Shown: one piece after another, positions 1-13,884 of the stretch
Numbering within the stretch: position 1 is the stretch's first letter
Layout: every line of letters starts with the position of its first letter
Source: Eledone cirrhosa
Taxonomy: Eukaryota
Assembly: GCA_964016885.1 (NCBI GenBank)
Contig: CAXHJY010001240.1
Coordinates: 62,001-126,000, forward strand
Direction: 5' to 3'
DNA length: 64,000 nt
Notes under the pieces: model-generated
Database searches by the model: none
What the model was told of the DNA's origin: nothing
What the model saw: the letters and a program-made list of their open reading frames with translations, nothing else
Translations under genes and position numbers: made by a program

Positions 1-448
1 GTTCCAAAATACCTTATCCCGTGCAATGCCGGTTATATATAAATATAGTAAAATAAAAAATATGTAATTTTTATTTATACATAGTATTTGGCAGTATTGG
101 TAGAGAGTCGGACGCCATGCTTTCCAGCATAGAGTTACGTCCTTTTACGGACTGAGTTCAAATTCCGCCGAGGTTAACTTTGCCTTTCATCCTACAATAA
201 ACTTTAAAAAAACAACAACAAAAAACAAGAAAATACATGTACTTGCTGACAAAACTATATATATATATATATATATATTGAATATATATGGTGGGAGTAT
301 CAACATAGGAACAACACAAGATATCCTGATCCGAATTTGTTCCCTGAACTCTTCTTTTAACGAAGGACTTTTATCCCGAAATATTAAAGACCATTAAATA
401 ACTCGAAGTAACATTCCAACACCTGTTATCATTATTTTTAATATCAAA

Positions 449-1076
449 GGGCGGTGGATTGGCAGTATCGGTAGAGGGTCGGACGTTATGCTTTGCAGCA
501 TAGAGTTACGGCCCTTTATGATCTGAGTTCAAATCCCACCGAGACTAGCTTTGCCTTTCATCCTTACGGGGTCGATAAAATAAAGTACCAGTCACGCACT
601 GGGGTCGATTTAATCGATTTTCCCCTCCCCCAATGCATTGTGCCTATATAAGAAACCAATATCAAAGGGCGGTGGATTGGCAGTATCGGTAGAGGGTCGG
701 ACGCCATGCTTTGACACATTGAGTTAAGACCCTTTACGGTCTGAGTTCAAATCCCGTCGAGGTTAACTTTGCCTTTCTTCCTGATGGGGTGTCGATAAAA
801 TAAAGTACCAGTCACGCACTGGGGTAATTGCTGGCCTTGTGCCAAAAGTAGAAACAATTATTTCTAATACCAGAAACCATTATTTCTAATATGTAATTAT
901 GGATTGGCAGTATCGGTGGAGGGTCGGACGCCAGCATAGTTACGTCCCTTTACGATCTGAGTTCAAATCCTGCCGAGGTTGACTTTGCCTTTCATCCTTA
1001 CGGGGTCGATAAAATAAAGTACCAGTAATGCACTGGGTAATTGCTGGCCTTGTGCCTAAAGTAGAAACAATTATTT
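449..1076 (+). mobile_element. Cluster of tRNA-derived SINE copies (dominant family; also 88-194)
   Basis: A box TGGCAGTATCGG, B box GAGTTCAAATCC, conserved body tttgcctttcatccttacggggtcgataaaataaagtaccagt and tail ggccttgtgcc..agtagaaacaatt. Confidence 0.88.
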
Positions 1077-1182
1077 CTAATATGTAATGTCTCATTTGCA
1101 TTACTTTACACAAGCTGGTTCATTCATCGATTAGTGGAAGGAATTAATAATAATAAAAGCTTCGTTAATACACTTGATATCC

Positions 1183-1880
1183 ATCATCATCATCATCATC
1201 TTCTTCTTCCTGTGAGGGTCGTGGGGGCAGAGTCCTCAAACACTCCTTCCAGCAGGTCCTGTCAGAAGATTTGGCTGGATTCCCAAGCGAGACCAGCCAA
1301 GCTCATGGATGTTATCCAACCATCTTGCTCGGAGTCTACCCCTGGGTCTCCTGTCGGTTGGTTTAACCCGTAAAATCTGTCCAGCAATTCTTTCCTGAGA
1401 CATTCTAACAACATGCCCATGGTATCGGAGCTGTAATCTCTCAATTCGGAGAAGTGTCGGCTCTACCTGGAGTGACTCTCTGATCCTCGAGCTACGCACT
1501 CTATCGAGTAACGTTACTCCATAGATCCTTCAGAGGAACCCCATTTTGACACTTGTATTTGTGAAGGTAAGGGTTGGCACGAATACCGAACTGAAGATAG
1601 CTAGTTTGGCTTTTACACCTATCCCGCTTCTGATTCCCGAATGTTGAAGCTGGTGCATTACTGCACCAGCTCCTGCAATTCTTGTACTTAATTCAGCCTC
1701 TTGCCTCCCATCCCTCATGAACACGGTCACAAGATACTTGAACTTCTCTACCTGCTTCAGTAGAACTTCATTCACATGTAGAATGCTCTGCGGAGACTTC
1801 CTTGAGAGGACGAGTGTCTCAGTTTTGGCAGCACTGATTTTCATTCCAGCCATGTAGCACTCGGCATCAAACCTATCAAG
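1183..1880 (-). mobile_element. RTE-clade LINE, 3' fragment (frameshifted); decayed copy at ~60150-60760 (+)
   Basis: GMKISAAKTETL, QVEKFKYL, LRYHGHVVRM and RRPRGR..RWLD motifs; (GAT)n/(GAA)n tail. Confidence 0.85.
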
Positions 1881-1909
1881 TGCGAAATGTCTTCTACCTT
1901 ATCCAGGGA

Positions 1910-2830
1910 ACCACTTAAGGAAAAAATGTGGTTTTTAGGTTTATGTCTATAGCACTCGTAATAGAGGCACCCGTTTAGCCATTTTGATGTCAAATCGCCT
2001 GAAACCTACCCTGGTTCTAGACAAACCTGTTTGTTTAAAATATTTATATTAATTTAAAAACCTTTCATTTTATGGACGAACCTTTGTTAATTTAGGTCCC
2101 AAACACCAGTTTAAAAATATGAAAGTTAGTTATATTACTTAATCTCTCCAAAATTTTGATTATTTTAAAAATTATTTGAAAATCATAAGCAACGTCTTTT
2201 AATAGTCATCTCCTTTATCACATTGACTCTTTTCCTTCTTCTCAGGTGTTATCATTGTGGTTTACTATAAAATTGACAGGGAGAATAAAAACTAACAAAA
2301 TATTAACTAGGAAATTTATATAACATCCCTATAGAGACTATGGATTTATTTCTAGTATGGCCCAAAATCAATTAAAGGGCCTCTTCGTATATCAGTCAAT
2401 ATGTAGAATAAATTAACTGGAGGGCTTAGATTTGATAATCAGTGTATGAAAATTACATAATATACTAGCTTGGGATGCATTAAATTTATCTCAAGAAGAT
2501 CGCCTCTTTCAACTCCTCGATTCTGCTCTCTAGGCTTAGTAAACCTACGCATTTCATAAAAGGGGCCCAAGTATCATCATGCCAAAGTAATGATAAATTT
2601 ATCTACTCTTTATGTTCGAAGGAATTCTGCTTTAATTCCCTATGCCTATATGGCTTTCTGCTGAGGTAGTTATATTAATTTTGTCTATCTGCATCAGTCA
2701 GAATTGGAGCTACCCATTACCAAACTCTGCCCATCTCTTAAATACGTCATCCTACGTTGCAAACGACAGATAGGTCACCGCTCATTTTAGACATTAAATT
2801 GCTCAACTATATCCATGTTCTATGGAATAA
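1910..2830 (+). pseudogene. Highly decayed DNA-transposase remnant
   Basis: Broken translation ...GPKYHHAK...KFIYSL resembles the HHARWMAKAIYSL transposase motif; weak. Confidence 0.3.
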
Positions 2831-4885
2831 AAAACTCTTGGCGAATTTTATTAGTTATTTATGGTATACCTGTAGCTAAGGGCCTTGTTTCCGGGGGGTA
2901 CCAGTGGACAAGACCCCCCCCCCCCCACACACACACACTTTTTAAAATGTCCGTGTTTTTTTTGTTTTTTTTTATATAATAAATTCTTTTTAAGCTTATT
3001 TTTTTATAACTTCATTTGAATATATACAATTTAATTAGCGTAAAATTTTACTTATGTGATAGGGTCCGGGAAAGACACCATAAGTAATTTAGGCTCAATG
3101 TTGGTTTGTCCCCCCCTCACATTTTTAAGGCAAACGACCTCTGGGCAACATGGATGCTCATTTTCTTTTTTTTTTAAGATCTGGCGTCATTCTGTCTAGA
3201 GAAATATCCCGCAGAAATATTGGCAGTTTATTTGAGATAACTAGCTTGATCATATACATTCTGCTCTAGTCTCTCAAAGGAGACACATCAAAAACAGTTT
3301 ACTCCATCAAGCAGGGAGATGTAGCACTTAGCCAAACGCTCCGGCCCAATCGAAAAGGGCCCGCTAGCTTTATTCCCATTGGCACTTCGACAAAGGTTAG
3401 TCTACACACAACTGTAGATATCATCAATCTCCCTTCACTGCCACGCTACACAACAGTTAGCATATCACAAAGCAATCAACAAGTGAACACGACAATCGAA
3501 TCGATCACCATATCTTCTCTCGCTACAACCAAATAACTTCTCGTTCACTACATACCCATGCCTGTACAAACGTGGTAAACGGCCCAGGTCAGATGTAAAA
3601 ATGTAGGCTCCCAAAGCTGTAATAGGTCCGATGTTATACCATCTCCTGATCCGTGGGCGTTTTATCGAAATACACTCTGTTGCAAGCATTCGGGGCCAAG
3701 TTTTGAGAATAGCTTCTTCCTTCCCTCCCACCTGTTTCAGGGGCCCCTGAACAAATCATAGGCATTGCCTTTTCCTTCATGGCTAAAAAATAAAAAATAA
3801 GCCCAGGTCAGAGCCGTATTATACTGAAGCCTAGATGCCCTGCGCGAACTAGGGACTCTTAAACCTTTTAGCTGAAGTGAAGTGCTAGAGATACCCCAAA
3901 ATACCTGAAAGCCTAGGGGCCAGGATTAATACTGCCCTGGCTCAGATGTGAAATGTAGGTCCCATTTCAAACTATTCATTAAGTATTTTAGTAATCACTT
4001 CTAAATACATATGATTTATGAATGATTTACGGATGTATAGATGTAATGTAGTGAACATGATCTACTTACAAGTATATAGATGTGTAGCAATACTTTGAAT
4101 TCTTGGCAAAATAGGTCAGTGCAACCACATGTTGACCTTGGAGCACATAGATGTTCAGTTTTTCTAGGTAGTCTAGAGAGACTGGCCAACTAGAGATTCT
4201 TTTAGATAACACTATCATGGGACCAAGCTGCTCCCAGTCAGTCGACACAGTTGCATATTTCCTACCGATTAGCTAAGATGTAGTGGTCAAATGTCTCACA
4301 TCAACCCCCTTGGGCCGCTCTCTCTTTCTCGGTCTCTCTCGCTACCTACCAGGCCAACTAAATTCATTGCATTAACAGAAGTTTGGTAAATACATTTTTA
4401 GTAATATTTTTGCAATCATACACATCATACCTAATACACAACATCACACATATCAACTGTAGTTATATGTTTTTCATGTATTGTCGTATAACTTCGACGA
4501 AAGTTATATTCAATAAATTAATAACATAGTGGCTTTGTGTTATTGTGGTTGATATATGTTATTTCCAATGTGATCAAGGTAAATTACTTATCCAAGGAAC
4601 CATCACATCATCATCATCATAATGAACACTTACTTGCACACCTGTATTCTCTGGTCACCCTCTATCAGGCACATTAATCTCCTTTCCCCTACATTCTACA
4701 CTACAGTGACCACATAATTGAGAAATCCACAAGTGAGTACACACACAACAGAATCAACACCACAACACCATCTCAACCCAGCATCTAACTCCACATAATA
4801 GGAGTCGCTATAAATGTACTTACAAGTATCTAAATGTACTTACGGGTATATAAGATGTACATGTAGCATACATGATGTACTTACC

Positions 4886-5561
4886 AGGGGTGGTGGAACT
4901 GGGGGGGGGGGAGCATGGCTTCCACTCCAATAATTATATTTTTCTTGTCAAACTATCAAAACGCACCTCTATTTATATATACGCTACAATTTATGTACAT
5001 GTTATGTTTATCGCATATCGAAGTTTTTTTTATATCTTCGTTGGTATTTAATAATGGTTTCTTATATAGGCTCAAGGCCAGCAATTTTAGGGGAGGGAAA
5101 AGTCTATTAAATCGAACCTAGTACGTGACTGGTACTTTATTTTATCGACCCCGTAAGGAAGAAAAGCAACGTTAACCTCGGCGGGATTTGGACTCAGATC
5201 ACAAATGGCCGTAACTCTATGCTGCAAAGCATGGTGTCCGACCCTCTACCCATACTGCCAATCCACTACCCTTGATATTTAATAATGCTTTCTAGTATAG
5301 GCACAAGGCCAGTAATTTTTTGGGGGGGTTGGGGAGTCGATTAAATCGACCCCAGTAAGTTACTGGTACTTTATTTTATCGACCCCGTAAGGATGAAAGG
5401 CAAAGTTAACCTCTGCCGTAACTCTATGCTGCAAAGCCTGGCGTCCGACTCTACCAATACTGCCAATAATAACTACTAAACTAATCACTACAACTAAACT
5501 GACCAAATTCTCCCCCCCCCCCCCCCCCCCAGCCAATTCAGAAATGCTTCCACTGCCCCTG
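4886..5561. mobile_element. TIR element (CAGGGGTGGTGGAA ends) interrupted by two SINEs; second copy at ~20160-22096 interrupted by two Helitrons
   Basis: Matching termini and colinear internal similarity between the two loci. Confidence 0.6.
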
Positions 5562-6540
5562 CTTAAAAGAAACAGAATTAAAATAACTAAAACTTAAGGC
5601 GTGTAGGCCCTATCAAAATCGTGGTCCTATACCAAATGTTTACATGCTCCCTCTTCTGGTATGGTTTAGGCAGATCCCGAATGTAACAAGTTTTTTTTAT
5701 TATTTGTTGCATTATTGTATGTGCCAATGTCCTATATGGCTGTCAATAAGGACGCCGACATTATTATTTGTTATTTGTTGCATTATTGTGTGTGCCAATG
5801 TCCTATATGGCTGTCAATAAGGACGCCGACAAAATAATTTAATTACTGTACTAAAATTCAATGAAACTCAACAAGGTCAAAATGGCAAGTTTTCGGTTGT
5901 TTTGATCTTTGCCAGTATCGGTAGAGCTTCAGACACCATGCTTTGCAACATAGAGTTATGACCCTTTGCGTTCTGAGTTCAAATACCACCGAGGTTAACT
6001 TTACCTTTCATCCTTACGGGGTCGATAAAACAAAGCACCAGTAATACACTGGCGTAATTGCTGGCCTTGTGCCAAAAGTAGAAGCAATTATTATACAGGG
6101 CGGTGGATTGGCAGTATCGTTAGAGCGTTGGACATTGTTTTGTGGCATAGAGTTACGGCCCTTTGCATTCTGAGTTCAGATCCTGCCGCGGTTAGCTTTG
6201 CCTTTCATCCTTACGAGGTCGGTAAAATAAAGCACCAGTAATGTACTGGAGTCGATTTAATCGACTTTCCCCTGCCCCAAAATTGTTGGCCTTGTACCTA
6301 AATCAGAAGCCATTATTATACATAATTCAACGGTGGATTGGCAGTATCGGTAGAGCGTCAGCCACCATGCTTTGCAGCACAGAGTTATGGCCCTTTATGA
6401 TCTGAGTTCAAATCCCTCCAAGGTTAGCTTTGCCTTTCATCCTTACGGGGTCGATAAAATAAAGTACCAGTAATACACTGGGATAATTGCTGGCCTTGTG
6501 CCAAAAGTAGAAACAATTATTATACAGAATTCATTTAGCT
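5045..6540. mobile_element. Five SINE copies: two on - (5045-5467) and three in tandem on + (5910-6540)
   Basis: Same family consensus as 449-1076. Confidence 0.85.
5697..5831. repeat. ~70-bp tandem duplication (other tandems: ~104 bp at 7958-8135; 92 bp at 36960-37178)
   Basis: Direct comparison of adjacent units. Confidence 0.85.
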
Positions 6541-7003
6541 ACGTCGTGTTCTGCGTATTTACATACTCGGGAACTGACAGAGTATGTAAATACAAAGATT
6601 TAGAGTTAAAAACAAGAAGGATTTGTGAGCATAGATTAAAGATAGGTTGTTAAATTTACAGGTAGGTGCTATACGAAATAAACAAGTCTACTAGGACACC
6701 TCGCAACCAAGTAAACTTGGGAAACGGTTATTTTAGAGAAATCACACACATCTTCAAGAAGATCTTAATCAGTAGGAAGAAAAACAAACTAACAGACATC
6801 GTCTCCTCATACACACAGATGTGTAAACGCTAATACACATGCGCAGACAACAAGGAAAGTTAATTGCATATTTATATGAAGTGGGAACATAATACTCTAG
6901 GTTAATTATAGTAATCGAATGTGCTATATATATATTTTAAAAAATACAATAATTGTAACAAAGTTATACAAAGGCGATACATTTGCGGTGAAGAAGAAGT
7001 TGC

Positions 7004-7034
<31 letters not shown>

Positions 7035-7049
7035 CACCCTGTCACTTAC

Positions 7050-7189
7050 TTCGAATCACATCTAATATGATTTGAAGGAGATTTTTGGCTCCTACTTAAA
7101 GCAGGTCGAGCGAAGATGGTGAAATTCTCTAGTTGACTCCTTAACGAAGGAATCTTATCGAGGGAAACTAAAGGTGAGCCCGGCAGTCT
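7050..7189 (-). CDS. Candidate next exon of the same gene (RLPGSPLVSLDKIP...IRCDS)
   Basis: Acceptor cattcag| in phase 0, compatible with the 9959 donor; the only frame open throughout; ends at a GTAAGT donor. The acceptor overlaps repeat-like sequence. Confidence 0.3.
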
Positions 7190-8705
7190 CTGAATGGACA
7201 CTCGATCAGCTAGAAATACCAGAAAAATCTCGTTCATATCACAACTTTAAAAAAAAACATGCTATATTATGGAGTCTCGAAAATAGACAAGGGGTCACTA
7301 TTAGAATGCCTTTGGTCACAAGTCTACACGTTCAGAGTAAACCCGGGATTAAACAACAACAAAAGTGGCTTCTATGTGGTCATTCGATGTGCTAGAAATA
7401 ACAGCTAAAACTCCCTCAAGTGACATTACTCCTTAAAAATATGATACATTGAATAATGTGGTCGTTATTGCACTGTGCCCGGGAAAAAGACAGAATGCCC
7501 ACAAGTGAAAAGTCTTGGGATCATGGGTTGATCTGGAGCCAACATCAACAACAATAATAAGGACTAAGGGAATTTAACGGAAATAGTGGTTATTTAATAA
7601 ACTATACTGGAGTGATTAATAAGGCCCTTTACAAAGAAAAACAATTGCCGAAACGAAAATAAACCAGCTTCTGCGAAATGATATATCATAATGAATCCCA
7701 AACTTAATATTTTGCATGGAACACCGTCGAAAATTTCAACAAAAGTCTTCTGCGGCAGTGAGGAACTTCGTTGTAAACAGACCCGATGGAAAATATAGCC
7801 CTTTCTCAGCCGGTAATAAGCTCAAACCTGATAGAAAATGTAGGTCCTCGAAACTAGTGGCTAACCCAGGTTAGATGTGAAATGTAGGTCTCCATTTTAA
7901 ACTGCATATGTTTTATGTATGGGTTATAGGTACACATATATACAGTGGAGGACATACATTTTAGGGATCTTGAAGCTTGAACTGTTATGTGGGATCCCTT
8001 CACAATCAGCGACAGTAAGGCAACAGTTAATTCTGGGGTACTTTCAGGGTTATGGTGGCTACATTTTAGGGACCTTGAAGCTTGAACTGTTATATGGGAT
8101 CCCTTCACAAACAACGACAGTAAAGCAACAGTTACTTCTGTTGTACTTTCATGGCTAGGGTGTCACCTGAAGCTTAAGATGTGAAACTGTACGTGAATAT
8201 GTAGTGTACGTGATGTATTTACAAGTGTTGTTGGACCTCCGTCGTTTCCGACGACGAGTGCTCCAGCTGATTCAATCAACAGAATTGCCTGATCGTGAAA
8301 TTAATGTGTAACGTACCAGTCAAGTACTAGGTAGATTTAATATTTCTCCTAGATGTGAATAATATTTTAATAAAGATGCAGACATACCTTGGCTCTAAAC
8401 AACAATCTCCTCAAAAGAGACAATGAACAACCTCTACAAGTCTACACGGTTACTCGACATTTTAGAAATAACAGCCTCAAATTCTCCTCAAATCAAACCT
8501 TACTATTTTAAAAATCAAGTACTTACATAGTGGAATCATATAGATGGTCATATTAGGAACGCATTTAATTATAGGACCGTTCAATCAAGGTTCATCTGGA
8601 ACTGAACAACAACTTTCTTACAAATGTTAAGCGATGTGGAAGCCTTAACGCGATCGCTAAAAATAACAGCCAAGTTTCCTCTCAATCGCATTCTACTGTT
8701 TTAAC

Positions 8706-8863
8706 CAGTATCGGATTTAGGACAGATGAAGCTCTGTGCTAGTTAAATTATAATGCTCCTAACATGGGTCCTGAACGTATCGCAAACATTTTGGGGAGCA
8801 GGAAGATGGGTCCCTTCCTGGCCAACGGGCCCCTGCCTAAGCACAATGGTAAATCCGGAACTG
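8706..8863. mobile_element. hAT-type MITE (related copy at ~15678-15852)
   Basis: TIRs CAGTATCGGATTTA/TAAATCCGGAACTG and a perfect 8-bp TSD GTTTTAAC. Confidence 0.8.
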
Positions 8864-9958
8864 GTTTTAACATTAGATAATGGTGAGCCAAAATACAGTG
8901 TTTAGGACCACAGCTGAAATACCTGAGATCTCCAGGGACTAAACAATAACTTACACTAAAACGGGACATAAGAGTGAAATAAGGAACGAATTAATCTTAG
9001 CAACCTACAAAAATGATACATAAAAAACATCAACGTCAAGTAGAGAACGGTCTCTTACCTATCATGATATGCAAATGACACAGGTGTGTCATTTTCCAAA
9101 GGAACGTTTAGATAAGTTGAGTGTAAGTCGGGTGTATAACACATGCATAAAAATAATATGCATTCTCTCTCTATGCATATATAGGTACATACAAATAAAC
9201 TCATATATATGCACACGTGTATACGTGTGTTTTACTTTATTCACGTATATGATGTGTTCGCATCTCATTTGAAAAATAAAATGTTTATTTAACATAAAAT
9301 GTTTATTTAACATAGGTTTACTAAAGCATAAGCTGTTGGCATTTTTATAATTGTACACATTTTATATTTGCACACATTTATATAAATACTAAAACTTACA
9401 ATTCAGGGTATAGCATCATTGATAGATTCCAGTCTTAGTTTCACAACGTAGTAGACTATATAATTTCTTATAAATAATGATTGCTTACATAACTTCGCAG
9501 GTAATATTTAAAAAAATGCTTTCTAAATTAAATTATCTAAAAAGAATCAAAGATTCTACGTCGGTAAAACTATGAAACTATGGAAAAATTCTTTATTTGA
9601 AACTTAATACCAATAATTTGGTCCCATTAGAATCAGTTCGCGATAGCGTGCAGAACTAATAGTACAGTAGAATAAATAAACATGAGAATGTTTTACGCCA
9701 TTTTTGAACAGATATGTAGTAGTTATTTGACTTACGAATACTCTGGATATGATTGTAAGGTATATTACAAGTTAATCATCTATCTTATATATATATATAT
9801 AACGACGTTTCGATTACTTTCGTTGAGAAACAAAAATAACAAACAAATTTATGATATACGTGGCAAGTAAAGAAATTGTTTGGATGGGGAAAAAAATGTA
9901 GTTTTTTTCACAAAACAAAACAAAAAAATTAATTAACTTTCTTAGAAAAAAAACTTAC

Positions 9959-10279
9959 TTGACTGATATTGGTTAACGTTGGGTTGGTGATATTTGATCC
10001 ATTTGACCACATGTCGTTGAATACATTGAGACTACGACCTCCGGGGTTTAAAACCTGTATAGTATTATCCCATGGTTCAAAATTTTGTCCAATATTTGTG
10101 TTAAGAAAAGAACTAGAGTTAACAGATTGTGTCGGGAGTGAGTTTGTTGCCCATGTATCAGTATATAACGACTGTCCATTTTGTGTAACCCCTTGGCTAG
10201 AATCGGTAATATAAACTGTGAAAAGCTGAGCTGGTGGGTAGGGCGAAGCATTTGTTTCTAATGTTGCCAAAGACGTCAT
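9959..10279 (-). CDS. Probable first coding exon of a host gene (Thr/Ser/Asn-rich N-terminus, MTSLATLETN...TNISQ)
   Basis: Acceptor tttctttatag| at 10403, ATG at 10279, 107 open codons ending at a consensus donor CAA|GTAAGT (phase 0). Non-repetitive sequence with five N-x-S/T sequons. Confidence 0.55.
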
Positions 10280-11328
10280 TACTTCGGCACAATCAAAGTT
10301 AGTGGATGGGAAAGGATAATGAATGTTATTAGAAATAAATCGAACGGTTAACTTTGCCAAACTTTAATATATATAATTCGTTCCTTCAAAAGTATTGACG
10401 ATTCTATAAAGAAAAGTATTAAATCTTGAGTTTTTAAAGTTAAAAATTCAGAAACTATCATAAAGAAGCATATTTGTTATTGCTATTTTCTAAGGAATCT
10501 TTAGTAACTCCATTTTTCTTTGCGATTCCCCATATACAATAGAAATGGACAGTAGTCCAATGTGATTAGGGAAGGAAAGGAGGGTTGCAGTCAGAAGCCA
10601 CGCTAAAAGTTTTTAGCCAATCAGTACATAGAATCTAATCTTAAGAACAGATGCTGAAAAGTGAAAGCGAGACAAGAAGCAGTGAAAGAATATAAAAATA
10701 TAGCAGAAGGAATTCCTCTCAGAAGCTAAAGCCCGTCGATGATAAAGAAAAATTATGTTTTTGTGGGGTTTGAATGAAAGAAGTTTTGTTATAAACATAC
10801 TTAATTATTAAAATGGATTAAGAATTACGATGACATGTACTAAAAATGGTCTGGCAATTCTATGAGTGGTACTTTACTGTCTCATATTACATATTAAAGG
10901 TCGTTTCCATAACAACAAATCAACTTTTAAGAGGCTGAAAGACTCGTGTATATTTTGATAATAAGAAACATCGGTAACAACATATTTTGAGTTGTGGTAA
11001 TAACATCAAATTGAATAGTTGGATATGTTAAGATATTTCTTCTCGGATGTGTATAATCGTTAATTGGGTAAGTATCTTTTTAAATATATGTACATCTGTA
11101 AATATAGTTATCTCAATGAATACATTTTGTGCCACAAAAGACATTATATCAAATGATAAACATTTTCCAAATAGTGACACAGTATTAGAAACGAACGTAG
11201 ATATTTATGCATACGAGAAATTTCGGAGCTAAACATACCATTAGCAATCCTAGTTAAGTCGGACTGAATGGTCAAATTTCTGTATCTTGACGAAAACATG
11301 ACATTATATATATATAGAGAGAGAGAGA

Positions 11329-11509
11329 GACCCCAACGGCTGAGCTCCGGCCGTTTCGACAGCTAGTTCCGAAGCTACATCCGTAATTCGGATCTACCTG
11401 TCGAAACGGCCGGTCCTGATTCTTTTCCTATTACCCACTCTACTACCCTAAGTATTGAGTACTCTGGTGAGTTATGGTCCACCTGGTATCTTACCACATC
11501 TTCTTTGTT

Positions 11510-11510
<1 letters not shown>
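11329..11510 (+). mobile_element. Fold-back mini-element family A (HHR 3' half); other copies at 28926-29141, 38896-39056, 39505-39570 and 43898-44049
   Basis: Four copies share the tail ttcctattacccactctactaccctaagtattgagtactctggtg...ttaccacacttccttcgtt(TA)n; 39505-39570 is a shorter fragment. All have a head folded back around (gtc)GAAACGG. Confidence 0.75.
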
Positions 11511-11582
<72 letters not shown>

Positions 11583-13884
11583 TATCCAATGATGTTGACT
11601 TGTTCTTCTTTTTGGTAAATATCATCTTGGTTAAGAGAGTGGGACTGGCTTTGTGCAGTGCCTTTGCTCACTATAAAAGCTTCATGGCACAGGCATTGCT
11701 TTGTATCTGGAGATCTCTCTGCACTTGTCGTCACATGGTACCAAAGGTAAAGCACTATGTGTCAATAATTGTCACAAGTGTAGTGTTTGTACCAGAGTTT
11801 TCAAGTCGCTGGCTGGACTAAAAAGTCACACTCGTTCAGCGCATCGGTAGGGGTTCTCCTACATGGATATAAAGTAGTGGCCGTACTCGAAAACGAGTTG
11901 GCAGCCACCATATATATATATATTACAGCCTATTCAACCTGTATATAAAATCGTTTATGAATATGATGTATTATATAGAGGGTCGGACGCCATGCTTTCC
12001 AGCATAGTTACGTCCCTTTACGATCTGAGTTCAAATCCCGCCGAGGTTGACTTTGCCTTTCATCCTTACGGGGTCGATAAAATAAAGTACCAGTAATGCA
12101 CTGGGTAATTGCTGGCCTTGTGCCTAACGTAGAAACAATTATATATTAGGGATTATGCTCTCGTTAGTGTGCTAGAGCTTCCTCGGTAAATCTTTAACTT
12201 ATACGTCAGCGAATGTTTGAATTGAAGCTCGAAAAAATAATAAATAAATAAATTTGAATTAGTGTCGACTTTTAAATAAACCAACAAAGAAAACCATTGT
12301 ATTGTCCTTAGATTGGAATGACGAGTTAAACAACAAACTTCTCGCACACTAAAAGTAGAAAAAAAAGGTAAAGTCTCCTTATACCCCGGTGGAGTCGCTG
12401 GGGCACCCGTCTGATACACGGCGTTTCTTGGTCTTTTAAAACCAGGTGGAGCTCATCCTTCTCCAGGACGGAACACAGATGGTTTCTTCCAACGAGAGAG
12501 AGAGAGAGAATAATCAACACCAATAGTTGACTGGTACTATATTTATTGACCTCGAAAAGATGGAAGGCAATGTTGATCGGAATTTGAACTCAAATCGCAG
12601 GCATTTTTAATACGACGCCTTTAACGATTCTACTAATCCGCTGCTTTTACCTTTATACTAAAAAAAAATTTAGTATCCTCTATAATTAGGTTGTGTTCAT
12701 TTATCTTCAATATACTACAAATAAAAATCTCCCCGACGAATCAACGGAAATAAATATACAAGTGACTGAGCATTCCATAGCCACCTGTGCCCTTAACGTA
12801 GATTTCAGGGAGATTCAATATGACTGTGTATGACAAGGCAGGTCCTTTTGAATTTAAGGTCAGGTCACTCTTGAGTGCTACTGGGAGCATGTAACCCAGT
12901 ACAACCTGTTGCATGGTCGGGTCGTCGGCGGCTAAACCGACAACCCCACCAAGTTTACTTGGTGAGGAGGAGGATTTTGGACATCCTGTAGGACAAAAAA
13001 CAAGACCTGAGAAAGGGCGGAAGAACTCATAAGGGTCAACGGCCATCTAAAAAAAAAAAAAGAAAATCCTGCCAAATCAATGGGTGACAGTAGTTCCAAC
13101 TGCACGCATCGAATGACTGGTGTAGTGGTTCTGAGAACAATGCGGCTTTGCAGATGATCAATGCAAATTGACAATGGAAAGGCGCTCCCGCTCGAGTTAG
13201 AAGAGAACTATTGACCTTCAGGAGAAGCAGCGATCCCTGATTGTATTCAGCAACCGAAACAAATATGAAGTACACCAAATCCAGTGCTCCTAAGGGCAGC
13301 CTTGGTTCTTCTTATTTGCGAGTGTAAACTCGGCCAAATTAGATTAGATTAGATTTTGAATTTCAGGTATAACGCATTTTGACTGGAGCAACACGAAATA
13401 AAGTGTCTTGGTTAAAGAAACAACGTGCCGACAAGAACAGAATTCATAATCTTGAGCCGAACACCTTAACCGCCATACCACGGGCCGTTACATGCAAAAT
13501 ATGCACAACTATAGCGGGTCGAGTGTTAGGAAGAATGTGTTGTGGTGTTGATTCGGTTGTTGTGTGTGTACTCACATGTGGATTGCTGAGTGGTGTGGTC
13601 GTTGTATGAGGCCACAGAGGTCGGCTTCTTGGTGGTCGAATTGATAGTGTAAAGGCAATTCTGTTGAAAAGTGCATCAGACTACTGCTACATAATTACAA
13701 AATATACAGTAGAACCAGAGCCGGCTTAACCATTAAACAAAATAAGCACGTGTTTAGGGCACCACTGAGTTCTTTTTGTTTTGTTTTTATTTTTTCCAAT
13801 GCCGAATTTACTATGGTGCAAATGGTAAATTATAACAGCTAAAATAAAGGTTGAAAATTTGCATTCACTCTAATTGTCGTTGGA

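Noticed and set aside
449-545. tRNA gene
   Set aside because: A and B boxes are present, but there is no convincing cloverleaf and it continues into the SINE body in every copy.
3465-3731. 88-aa ORF
   Set aside because: No motif, splice support or homology that I can recognise.
12741-13046. 101-aa ORF after a strong poly-T/AG acceptor
   Set aside because: No recognisable protein; it runs into SINE-like sequence and the region looks repeat-derived.
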